Shown here piece after piece: positions 31,427 to 40,216 of a DNA stretch of 64,000 bases (position 1 is its first letter; every line of letters begins with the position of its first letter). The notes below the pieces were generated by a model. That model did no database searches. It was not told where the DNA came from and worked only from the letters and a program-made list of their open reading frames with translations. The DNA is from an uncultured Verrucomicrobiae bacterium (GTDB lineage Bacteria > Verrucomicrobiota > Verrucomicrobiia > Chthoniobacterales > Chthoniobacteraceae): the NCBI GenBank assembly GCA_963828525.1, contig CAWHEP010000002.1, positions 288,001 to 352,000 on the forward strand. The letters are read 5' to 3'. The position numbers and the translations under genes are program-made.

Positions 31427-31975
31427 TTACCGACGTCCTCGGTTCATACCCCCCGAGAATAGCGCAATACGATCAGGTCTAGCTCCTTTAAGATTCGCGG
31501 GCTTTTTCTTATTGAGTAGAATTTGCCATAAACTAATATTTATCTGCTTTCTAGAAGGCGTTCGCCCCAGTCCAAGCACTAATCCATCACAAGTGTAAAC
31601 CCAATCCATGTAATTACTACCTTCCCTTAGAAAGTTATACATTGACTCTTCGTTGTCAAAATTCCAGACCGCTTCTTCTAGCACCAACCGAATCTCAAAT
31701 GGGTTTATCCCCCAAGAATCAGCCGGTTCATACAGTCCACGTCTACCATCAAAAACCTCGGCTCGCGGAATGAGTTTCATAACTCTTGTCCTGCCATCCC
31801 ATTCATACTGTCTTTTGATAGGACTTATATAGGATATTTTGACGGTGCCATTTTTATTCATCGCCCGCACGGTTTGGCCGGAGGTAAGAACACTTCCTTC
31901 TACCATAGGATCTCCAGCATAACAATGCGCGCAGATAATGCTTACAAAAGCTATTATATTTCGTATTTTGAACAT
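31427..31975 (-). CDS. Low-GC secreted hypothetical protein (182 aa)
   Basis: GGAGG RBS, signal-peptide-like N-terminus, AT-rich codon use unlike flanks. Confidence 0.7.
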   Translation of the reverse strand: MFKIRNIIAFVSIICAHCYAGDPMVEGSVLTSGQTVRAMNKNGTVKISYISPIKRQYEWDGRTRVMKLIPRAEVFDGRRGLYEPADSWGINPFEIRLVLEEAVWNFDNEESMYNFLREGSNYMDWVYTCDGLVLGLGRTPSRKQINISLWQILLNKKKPANLKGARPDRIALFSGGMNRGRR

Positions 31976-31989
31976 TTTTTCCTCCGCAA

Positions 31990-32232
31990 TCATACGGTGC
32001 TGGCGTAGGGATGGCTTGTGCTTAACGGAGATTTAGCCGGTCTGTGGACGTAATCTTTCGCTTGTAGGCGCCGTAAGTCGCGGGTGTGGACGCCGCCCTT
32101 TTTCTTGAAGCCGAGTGACGGGTGCGACGGTTTTTCAATGAACAGCTTGAAATTCTTGTTCGCCAGTTTCCGGATGTGCTCGGGAAGTCGATTGTAGCCC
32201 TCCCAAAAGGAGGGCAGCGCGTTGGACTTCAC
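31990..32232 (-). pseudogene. RelE/ParE-like toxin, probably C-terminally truncated
   Basis: FW..Y..LPE.IR.LA.KNF.LF...P.HPSL.FKK; the expected S.R.G..YRAL...WFWIG tail is absent. Confidence 0.65.
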
Positions 32233-32432
32233 GGAACCGGTTTGAAATCGCCCGTATCAATCGCCGCGTCAATTTCCGCAAGCACCGAGTAGTGCTTTCC
32301 GCTCGGTGAGAAATCCTTCTCGATTTCACTTTCCCACGCCAGGCTATCCTGCTCCTGGATGAAAGCAGCCAACTCCGCGAGTTCCCCAGGCGACAGTTCC
32401 TTCACTGCGGTTTTGATTTCAGCCAGACTCAT
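32229..32432 (-). CDS. Putative antitoxin paired with the RelE/ParE-like toxin
   Basis: Acidic 67 aa EI..AV..LSP.EL.EL...WE.EIE.D; GTGA overlap with the toxin start. Confidence 0.7.
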   Translation of the reverse strand: MSLAEIKTAVKELSPGELAELAAFIQEQDSLAWESEIEKDFSPSGKHYSVLAEIDAAIDTGDFKPVP

Positions 32433-33584
32433 ACGGCAAAATTTTACGCCGCCCAGTATGAGCTAAAACTGCGGCGCATCCTGAAAAGTGAGCCTAAGAT
32501 CGGCACGACAGCTTGGCCTGTCGATCGCCGCATCAACGGGAAGGGACAGCGCTGTGACTGCATGCCCGACAATTGGGAGTATTTCAGCAGTATTGTCAAG
32601 CTGTCGCTGTAAAGCGTTCTGTTCGAGTCCTACCGCTGGAGCCAAATTGCAAGTCGCTTATCGTGAGCGACTTCCCCCAGGGCCATGATGCGAAAGTTGC
32701 GGAAAAACGCAAGCCGCGGGCCATGCCCTTGGCGAGTTGCAGGAGCCGTTGATGGCTTCAATTACTCCATTCGTCGCCCGCCTCTCCATGAAGGCAACAG
32801 TCCCGTCCGAATGCTCCACGACGCTTCCCCGGAAACCTAGGTAGATATGTAGTCATACCAAGGAAATGCTTGCTATCGGCTTGATCCTTCTCCATGGGAA
32901 AAGGGCTTGGCTGTGATACATATGCTCCCACCACCGCCGAAAGGATCGTCAAGGCCGAGCCTTATTTTATCGTTTATCGGGCTCACCCGCTTGAATAATG
33001 AATAATTGCCATAGTGGGGATTAGGAAAGACAACCCTGCAAGCCGGAAAGCCCATGTGCATTTCATCGCAATTACTCCTTTGCTGTGAACGTGTTCGTTT
33101 CACCTTTTCCACCAGACCACTTTATAGCAAGCGGATAGGGGTCAGGCACGGTCAGGCACATTTCTTGACAGATACCCTGCCGTGCGTCGCTACCTCTTCG
33201 AGCGGGAAGATCCCCCAACGCCCCCATCTCGGGCAAATGCCCGAGCGGCTCTTTCGACAGGCAATGAGACTCCGCCAGCCCCAATCCGCCCTTCTTTTAC
33301 CGCAAAAACTCATTTCCTTGAAATCGTTTCGGCGCGACCATCTCTGGCCAACCGGGGCAACGGTCGGCGCGCACCCTGATCCGCGCGCCGTTTCCGGCCA
33401 AGGAGTGTCGCAAAACTGCGTTAAAATCCCGCCTCGTGGGTGATGAGCCGTGTTCCTGGCGCCCATCATCGGTAGACGGATTGTGGTCTCGGCTCCTGCG
33501 TCGGAGCAGCTTGGATACAGCAGGTTCAAATGCGCGCCGCGATATCGACCCCTCAGCGCGAAAAGAAGAATCTTAAAAAATTTG

Positions 33585-33600
33585 TTGACTGATCAGTCTA
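33585..33600. promoter_or_regulatory. TetR/NemR-type operator overlapping a -35 box
   Basis: TTGACTGATCAGTCTA containing the 12-bp palindrome GACTGATCAGTC; related site TAGACGACCAGTCCA at 34255-34269. Confidence 0.7.
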
Positions 33601-33619
33601 TTACCGCGATAGCTGCGTC

Positions 33620-34231
33620 GTGCCCAGAGTGAGCGACATGAAGGAACGACTGACCGACGCAGCCATCGAGCTGATGTGGGAGAACAGCTACGGCTCGACG
33701 TCAGTTGACGCGATCTGCGAGCGCTCCGGGGCGAAGAAGGGCAGCTTCTATTATTTCTTCAAATCGAAATCGGAGTTGACGGCGGCTGCGCTCAAAGCCG
33801 ATTGGGCAAAGAAGCGGGCGTATATGGATTCAGTATTTTCGCCGACTGTCCCGCCGGTCGAGCGGTTTGAGCGCTACTTCGACTCGATGCACGACAGCCT
33901 CGCAGAGCGACAACAGCAGTGCGGTTCGATCCTCGGCTGCCCGATGCTGGCGATCGGCAGCGAAATCTGCACCCAGGATCAGCTCGTCCGCGAGACGATT
34001 GATCAGATTCTCGATCAGAAGATGCACTACTTTGTTTCGGCGATTCGCGACGCCCATGCGCAAGGTTTGATCCATGCGCCGGATCCGAGCATGAAGGCGA
34101 AGACGCTGTTTGCCTGCTACCACGGCGTGCTCAGCCAGGCGCGCGTCCAAAACGACCTCCAGCTCGTGCGTGAGTTTAAGCACATCGCGCTCGATCTTCT
34201 CGGGGTGAAACAGGCGCCCGTTCCCGCGTGA
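33620..34231 (+). CDS. TetR family regulator (NemR/LmrA-like)
   Basis: YGSTSVDAIC..SG..KGSFYYFFKSKSEL, GCPM..IG.E. Confidence 0.92.
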   Translation: MPRVSDMKERLTDAAIELMWENSYGSTSVDAICERSGAKKGSFYYFFKSKSELTAAALKADWAKKRAYMDSVFSPTVPPVERFERYFDSMHDSLAERQQQCGSILGCPMLAIGSEICTQDQLVRETIDQILDQKMHYFVSAIRDAHAQGLIHAPDPSMKAKTLFACYHGVLSQARVQNDLQLVREFKHIALDLLGVKQAPVPA

Positions 34232-34289
34232 CTTCTCTCCTTTTGATTAATTAATAGACGACCAGTCCAATACAAACCGAGGCAAACTT

Positions 34290-34601
34290 ATGACAATGAA
34301 CCCATCCACCGCGGCGGATTTCCCGCGCAAAATTTCACGCGCGCTCGCGCGGGTAAAACGCCAGTTGCAGCGCGACTACGAGCAGGCTTACCCGGCGCTG
34401 CGCGAGATCATCCATCTCGTCCTCGACGAGGAGGAATCGAAGGCGTGGAAGCTCTCCGCGTTCCCGCATCTGCTCTTCCCCGATCTCGTGGAAGCGCGCG
34501 TCACGAAGCTAAGTCTTCAACCGGTGGAGAGGCGCCACCACGAATTAACGGAGCCGCGCGAGCGCGCGGAGTTCCCGATGTTCCAACCCGCGTTCGCGTA
34601 A
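34290..34601 (+). CDS. Hypothetical protein
   Basis: Clean ORF in the operon; L.L.E.E..AW...FPHLLFP.L.E motif. Confidence 0.65.
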   Translation: MTMNPSTAADFPRKISRALARVKRQLQRDYEQAYPALREIIHLVLDEEESKAWKLSAFPHLLFPDLVEARVTKLSLQPVERRHHELTEPRERAEFPMFQPAFA

Positions 34602-34745
34602 CGCCGGGGAATCCGTTGGCCGAACGAAACACAACACAATGAACCTGCGACAAAAATCAACACCAGCAGTTCCGGCGAGAAAATTTCAACCGAAGTCTAC
34701 CCGCGCGTGGCGGGGATTATTCAGCCGCCGCCGCGCATCTAACCT

Positions 34746-35532
34746 ATGAACCTGACAAACAACACCATCCTGATCACCGGCGGCGGATCCGGTATCGGCC
34801 GCGGCCTCGCCGAAGCTTTTCACGCGCTCGGAAACCAGGTTGTCATCTCCGGACGGACGCAGAAGTCGCTCGATGAGGTGACGGCCGCCAATCCTGGCAT
34901 GAAGTCGCTCACGCTCGATGTCGCTGACGCTGAGGCAGTGAAGCAGTTCGCTAATCGCGTGATCGCCGACTTTCCAAAGCTTAACGTGCTCGTCAATAAC
35001 GCCGGCATTATGCGCAACGAGAACTTGCTCGAGAACTCTGAGCGGCAACTCGCCGACGCGGAAGCTACGGTGACGACCAATCTTCTCGGGCCGATCCGCC
35101 TTACCGCGGCTGTGCTGCCGCATCTGCGCAAACAAGCCCAGGCGGCAGTGATCAATGTGACCAGCGGGCTGGCTTATGTGCCCTTGGCAATGACGCCAAC
35201 TTATTCTGCCACGAAGGCGGCTATCCATTCCTATACCGAGTCACTGCGTTACCAGCTAAAGGATACATCGATCGAGGTAAAGGAGCTGATCCCACCCGTA
35301 CGTTGCTACTACATTAATGGGCGATCGCCAGGCTAACGATTCTCGCGCGATGCCGCTCGCGGACTTCATCAAAGAAGTGATGGACATCTTTCAGACCAAA
35401 CCGGACGCAACCGAGATCGCGGTGGAGCGCGTTCGTCCGCTCCGCTCCGCGGCCGAGGGCGGCCACCAGAAATACCAGCGCTTTTTTACTGAATTCAACG
35501 ACGCCATGAAAGCCGCGAGACCAAACGGCTGA
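34746..35532 (+). CDS. SDR oxidoreductase (DltE-like), frameshifted at about 35298
   Basis: NTILITGGGSGIG, NNAG, YSATKAA.HSY..SLR.QL, ELIPP; continues as AMPLADFI.EV in the next frame. Confidence 0.85.
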
Positions 35533-35546
35533 AAGACTTGTAACTT

Positions 35547-36458
35547 ATGACTAACACCCAATTAGCACCCAATCCGCCGCAGAATCCGGCGTCAACGAAG
35601 CTACCCGGCGGCGCCTTTAAGCTTGCCGGCGATCTTACGCTTACCCGCATGGGTTACGGAGCCATGCAGCTGGCTGGCCCGCGCGTGTTCGGGCCGCCAG
35701 CCGACCACGATGGCGCGGTTGCCGTATTACGAGAGGTAATTCGCCTCGGGATCAATCACATCGATACCAGCGACTTCTATGGGCCTCACGTCACGAATCG
35801 ATTGATCAAAGAAGCGCTCCATCCCTATCCATCTGAGCTGCGCATCGTGACCAAGGTCGGAGCGCGCCGTGATGAAAAAGGCAATTGGCCCAAAGCGCTC
35901 GCGCCCGGTGAGCTACGGCAGGCGATCCACGATAACCTGGCGAATCTAGGTCGCGACGCCCTGGACGTCGTGAACCTGCGCGTTGGTGGCATGGATAAGC
36001 CGGATTCGAGTTCCATCGCTGAGCCTTTTAGCGTGCTCGCCGAAATGCAGCGTGATGGCCTCATCAGGCACTTGGGAGTGAGTAACGTAACCGCCGAGCA
36101 GATCGCCGAAGCGCAATCCATCGCCCCGGTAGTCTGTGTCCAAAACTTCTACAATATCGCGAATCGGCAGGACGATGCGTTGATCGATTCGCTTGCGGAA
36201 CAAGGGATCGCCTACGTGCCATTTTTTCCGCTCGGCGGCTTTGCGCCGCTCCAATCCGATACGCTCTCCGGCGTTGCTAGAGGCTTAAACTCTACTCCGA
36301 TGTCAGTCGCGTTAGCATGGCTGTTGCAACGCTCACCTAACATTCTGCTCATACCAGGAACATCGTCGGTTCAACACCTGCGAGAAAACGTCTCCGGTGC
36401 TGGGCTGCAACTGCCCGAAGATGCAATCGCAGAGTTAAACGCGATCGCCGGAAAGTAA
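35547..36458 (+). CDS. Aldo/keto reductase (YdbC-like)
   Basis: RMGYGAMQLAGP, HIDTSDFYGP, IVTKVG, IPGTSS..HL.EN. Confidence 0.9.
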   Translation: MTNTQLAPNPPQNPASTKLPGGAFKLAGDLTLTRMGYGAMQLAGPRVFGPPADHDGAVAVLREVIRLGINHIDTSDFYGPHVTNRLIKEALHPYPSELRIVTKVGARRDEKGNWPKALAPGELRQAIHDNLANLGRDALDVVNLRVGGMDKPDSSSIAEPFSVLAEMQRDGLIRHLGVSNVTAEQIAEAQSIAPVVCVQNFYNIANRQDDALIDSLAEQGIAYVPFFPLGGFAPLQSDTLSGVARGLNSTPMSVALAWLLQRSPNILLIPGTSSVQHLRENVSGAGLQLPEDAIAELNAIAGK

Positions 36459-36512
36459 CGATCGACGTCCTTCAAACAACAACCAAAAACTCAAATCCAG
36501 AAAGCCAAAATC

Positions 36513-37274
36513 ATGTCCACTAACTTACAAAAACTAACTGGCAAAGTTGCCATCGTGACCGGTGCCTCTAAAGGTATAGGCGCAGCCATCGCCGCGCATC
36601 TCGCCGCAGCCGGCGCGTCCGTGGTCGTCAATTACTCGTCGAGCAAAGAGGGCGCGGACCGCGTCGTCGATCTTATCGCGAAGCGCGGGGGCGCCGCCGT
36701 TGCCGTGCAGGCCAGCGTCTCGCGGAAGGCGGACATTGATCGCCTTTTCGAGGAAACGAAGAAAGCCTTCGGCAAGGTCGATATTCTCGTCAACAACGCC
36801 GGCGTCTTCGAATTCAAGCCGCTCGCCGAGATCACCGAGGAACACTTCCATCGGCAGTTTGATCTCAACGTGCTCGGCTTGCTCCTCACCTCGAAGAAAG
36901 CCGCCGAAACGTTTGGCCCCGAGGGCGGCAGCATCATAAACATCAGCTCCGTGGTCAGTGTCAGCCCGCAGCCTGGCGGCTCCGTTTACTCCGCGACGAA
37001 AGCGGCTGTCGATGCAATCACCACCTCCCTCGCGAAGGAGCTTGGCGCGCGGAAGATCCGCGTGAACTCCCTGAACCCAGGCATGGTCGAAACCGAAGGC
37101 ACCCATGCGGCGGGCTTCATCGGTTCCGATTTCGACCGCATGATCACTGCGCAAACCCCGCTGGGTCGCATCGGCCAGCCGGATGACATCGGTCCGGTCG
37201 CGGTCTTCCTCGCTTCGGAAGATTCCCGCTGGGTAACCGGCCAGGCGCTGCTCGTCTCCGGCGGCCAAAAGTAA
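36513..37274 (+). CDS. SDR oxidoreductase (FabG/glucose 1-dehydrogenase-like)
   Basis: TGASKGIG, NNAG, YSATK, TPLGRIGQPDDI. Confidence 0.9.
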   Translation: MSTNLQKLTGKVAIVTGASKGIGAAIAAHLAAAGASVVVNYSSSKEGADRVVDLIAKRGGAAVAVQASVSRKADIDRLFEETKKAFGKVDILVNNAGVFEFKPLAEITEEHFHRQFDLNVLGLLLTSKKAAETFGPEGGSIINISSVVSVSPQPGGSVYSATKAAVDAITTSLAKELGARKIRVNSLNPGMVETEGTHAAGFIGSDFDRMITAQTPLGRIGQPDDIGPVAVFLASEDSRWVTGQALLVSGGQK

Positions 37275-37307
37275 ACGGCGAAGCGTTGAACCAGATTCCT
37301 GACCAGC

Positions 37308-37655
37308 ATGAACCGCCAACTACTCGGCCGCAGGGGGCTTCGCGTTTCCGGCCTCAGTCTCGGGGCCATCACCTTCGGCGACGGGGGCTGGGGCGCCCGG
37401 TGGCACGCCGTCGCCGAGGAGGGCGTGCCGGCTCGCGGGATCGCTGAAGCGATTGGTTTCGGGCTTCGCGTTCCCGTCAAGTCGCTTTCGCCCGATGAGG
37501 CGGCGGATTACTTCGGCTGGCTCGGTCTTTTCGCTCAGATGGACATGCCGGCCTCAAGCGATTTTACCCGCCGGCGGCTCGGTTGGGAGCCGAATGGGCC
37601 CAGCCTCATACAGGATCTCCGGGAGATGGATTATAGCTCAGTCGAAGCGCGTTGA
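37308..37655 (+). pseudogene. Chimeric deletion scar: aldo/keto reductase N-terminus fused to an extended-SDR C-terminus
   Basis: LLGR.GLRVS.LSLGA.TFG...WG joined to HAVAEEGVP...IAEAIG...FGWL..F...DMPASS..TR..LGWEP.GP.LI.DL. Confidence 0.75.
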
Positions 37656-37727
37656 ATTTCACACCGAGGCGCTTAAAGCGTATACTTCTTTCAACCATCG
37701 CAACGCGCTTGTAACTCGTATTCCATC

Positions 37728-39089
37728 TTAATCCGGAACGGGCTTTGCAAGTAACTCAGGACGCTCGCGGAGAACCTTGATTAACGCTTCCCCGAAGAGG
37801 TTATTTGCCCAAGCGAACCAGTGCCGGGAATACTTGGTCGCGTCATCCTTGTTGAAGGACTCATGCATATAACCGGTGCCTGCGGAGGACCGCTTCAGCA
37901 TCGTGAGGCACGAGATGATCTCAGCGTCGTCCGTGCTGGTTAAGACCCGCGCGCAAAGACCAAGCGGCCAGATCATTCCCTTGCCCTTGTGGGGGCTGCA
38001 CTCCCCTTCTGCCACAGTTCCGCGGGCAAAATAGGGATCGTCCAAACTCAATGCCCACTTGCGTGTGTTCAATACCACAGGATCCCCGGCCAGGGACGGT
38101 GTGAAATACGGGATCGAAACCAGGCTCGGAAGTCCAGCGTCGTCGAAAAGGAATGTGTTCCCAAGACCATTGCACTCGTACGCGTATATCTTGCCGTACT
38201 TGGGATCGTTAACCGTGCCATACTGCTCGACACCTCCCTGAACTTCGTCCGCCAAGGCGCGACAATCAGCCGCCAAAGTATCACCGGGCATAAGCGCGTC
38301 TGCCATTTCCGCCAACTGCCGCAGCGAGGTCATCGCCAGGAGGTTTTCGGGGATATTGAAGAGATAGACGGTGGGATCGTCTGAATTTCGAAATCTTGTG
38401 CAGATCATCCCCGTAGGTTTCATAGGCCCCCCATAGTCGTTTCCATGATGGTAAGGTCCTTGATTCTCCTTCCGCTGCTGCTCGCGCATGGTTGCTACCG
38501 CAAGATGCATCGCGTCTTTCCACTCCTGGTCGAAGGTCTGCTTATCGCCTGTTTCCTTCCAGTATTCGTAGGAAAGACGCATGCAATAACTCAGGGAGTC
38601 GAGCTCCCATTTCCCTTCAAAGACAGGCTTTTGGGGAGGCACAGGATCTTTCCGGAACGCGTTGGCGTAAGGATAGACGAGAATACAAGCGGCCTGCCGG
38701 TGGATCAGACCTGCTACTAACTCCGCTAGGTGTGGATCTTCTTTGCAGAGCTGAATGTAGCCCTGGACCTGCGCCGAGGAATCGCGCAGCCACATCGCAT
38801 TGATGTCTCCCGTAATAATAAATGTGTCCGGCTTGCCGTTTCGACTGCCCACCGTCACGGTGGTATCGAGAGTGTTGGGATAGGAAAGCTCAAAGATCTT
38901 GGACAGCACAGGATCAGCTACCTTCTGCGTGACGAGCTTAATCTCTCGTTCGACAGCGGCGCTGCTAAACTTCCGCTTGTCCGGCGCGAGCCGAACCGGA
39001 ACTTTTTGATTAACCGCCGCGTGAGCAGTGGTCAGGAAGACGACGGCTACAGCTAGAAAAGTCAGACAACGAGGAAGGGTTAGGGACAT
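37728..39089 (-). CDS. GH125 exo-alpha-1,6-mannosidase family protein
   Basis: PNTLDTTV, FIITGDI.AMWLRDS, E.KWELDSL, FR.SDD, DDA.LPSL, MHESF, WFAWAN.LFGE. Confidence 0.92.
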   Translation of the reverse strand: MSLTLPRCLTFLAVAVVFLTTAHAAVNQKVPVRLAPDKRKFSSAAVEREIKLVTQKVADPVLSKIFELSYPNTLDTTVTVGSRNGKPDTFIITGDINAMWLRDSSAQVQGYIQLCKEDPHLAELVAGLIHRQAACILVYPYANAFRKDPVPPQKPVFEGKWELDSLSYCMRLSYEYWKETGDKQTFDQEWKDAMHLAVATMREQQRKENQGPYHHGNDYGGPMKPTGMICTRFRNSDDPTVYLFNIPENLLAMTSLRQLAEMADALMPGDTLAADCRALADEVQGGVEQYGTVNDPKYGKIYAYECNGLGNTFLFDDAGLPSLVSIPYFTPSLAGDPVVLNTRKWALSLDDPYFARGTVAEGECSPHKGKGMIWPLGLCARVLTSTDDAEIISCLTMLKRSSAGTGYMHESFNKDDATKYSRHWFAWANNLFGEALIKVLRERPELLAKPVPD

Positions 39090-39297
39090 TGTTTAGCTCA
39101 AGTTGACAGTTAATTTCTCAATGGGAGATTGATGAGGTTTCGGCGTCAGCAACCAAAACATAAAAGTATTGGAGGTGGTGCCAGAACTGATTAGCGGAGC
39201 CTCGTCAGCCGTAACACGGAGGCGGATGCAACACTCGCCGTCGCGCTCCAGAGCAGGCCCAGCCCCAGATCAATCGAAGCCTCAATGGGAACGGTTA

Positions 39298-39735
39298 TCA
39301 TACGGCAATAGGATTCCAAACTTCCACAAATCCGAAACCCTTAAAGTGCTTCACGTTGGCGGTTGCAAAGCGGGTCACACCATGGTGGAGCAGAGTAAAG
39401 GCAATGCGGGCGTCAATCATCTGTCTAAAGCCGGCCTTGGTTTCCCTCGCCCAAACCCACAGTTTTGAAGAGACGAGCGAGTCATAGTCGATGCAGCGCC
39501 ATGCAAGGTTCTGCTTTAAGGCCGCGCAATGAGCAGCGGATTCCCTCGCCGTGTAGGGCTTGGCGAAAATGGCGGGGTTCCGAAGCTGCATGTAAAGCTC
39601 GACCAAAACCAGTTCGCACAGGACAAACTCTTCTCTGCCCTGCACAACTTTGGCGAAAAAGGCCTTCGCCGGCTTGTGGCAAGGGGAATCAGGGTCAGCA
39701 GCATGAATGAGCAGGTTCGTATCAGCAGTCAGCAT
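39298..39735 (-). CDS. vapC: VapC PIN-domain toxin
   Basis: DTNLL..A, ELY, DARIA, FATAN...F..FGF..VWNP. Confidence 0.88.
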   Translation of the reverse strand: MLTADTNLLIHAADPDSPCHKPAKAFFAKVVQGREEFVLCELVLVELYMQLRNPAIFAKPYTARESAAHCAALKQNLAWRCIDYDSLVSSKLWVWARETKAGFRQMIDARIAFTLLHHGVTRFATANVKHFKGFGFVEVWNPIAV

Positions 39736-39736
39736 A

Positions 39737-39991
39737 TCAGGCTTTGCTATGACGGCTTTCCACAGCATCCGCCTCGGCGGAAATAGCGGCAGGGTCAACC
39801 AAGTGGCCTCCGCTTCCCCGCAGTACGGGCATAGTCCATGTAGTTGTAGACTGAATGTCTTCAGGGCAAGTCTGGACGTAGGTTTCCATGCCGCGACGAA
39901 TCAGCTCTGCAACCGACCAATCCCGTGCAGAGGCGATTGTTTTAAGCCGCCGAAAGAGCGGCTCGGGTAATTGGATCTGAGTTCGAGTCAT
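39737..39991 (-). CDS. vapB: Ribbon-helix-helix antitoxin
   Basis: MTRTQIQLP...F.RLK.IA....SVAELIRRG; immediately upstream of vapC. Confidence 0.85.
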   Translation of the reverse strand: MTRTQIQLPEPLFRRLKTIASARDWSVAELIRRGMETYVQTCPEDIQSTTTWTMPVLRGSGGHLVDPAAISAEADAVESRHSKA

Positions 39992-39997
39992 GCGCAC

Positions 39998-40027
39998 AGT
40001 CTAATGTCGCCATCACAATGATGTCAA
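39998..40027 (-). promoter_or_regulatory. vapBC promoter with internal operator palindrome
   Basis: TTGACA-18 bp-TAGACT; CATCA-N3-TGATG at 40011-40023; ATG 6 nt after the -10. Confidence 0.7.
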
Positions 40028-40216
40028 TTTAGAAACCAATCCCGCGAGGTTGACGGGGACAACACTGGACGGGGCTCGACGTCAAACGGACATACTAATC
40101 AAGCTCAACCTCACTTTTGAATTACAAAACCGTTCCCTGATCCCTCGCGCGCCAGCGCCACCCCGCTCGAAATTCCCGCTTCATAATTCCGCCCTGCGTG
40201 CAAGTCTGTCATCCGA

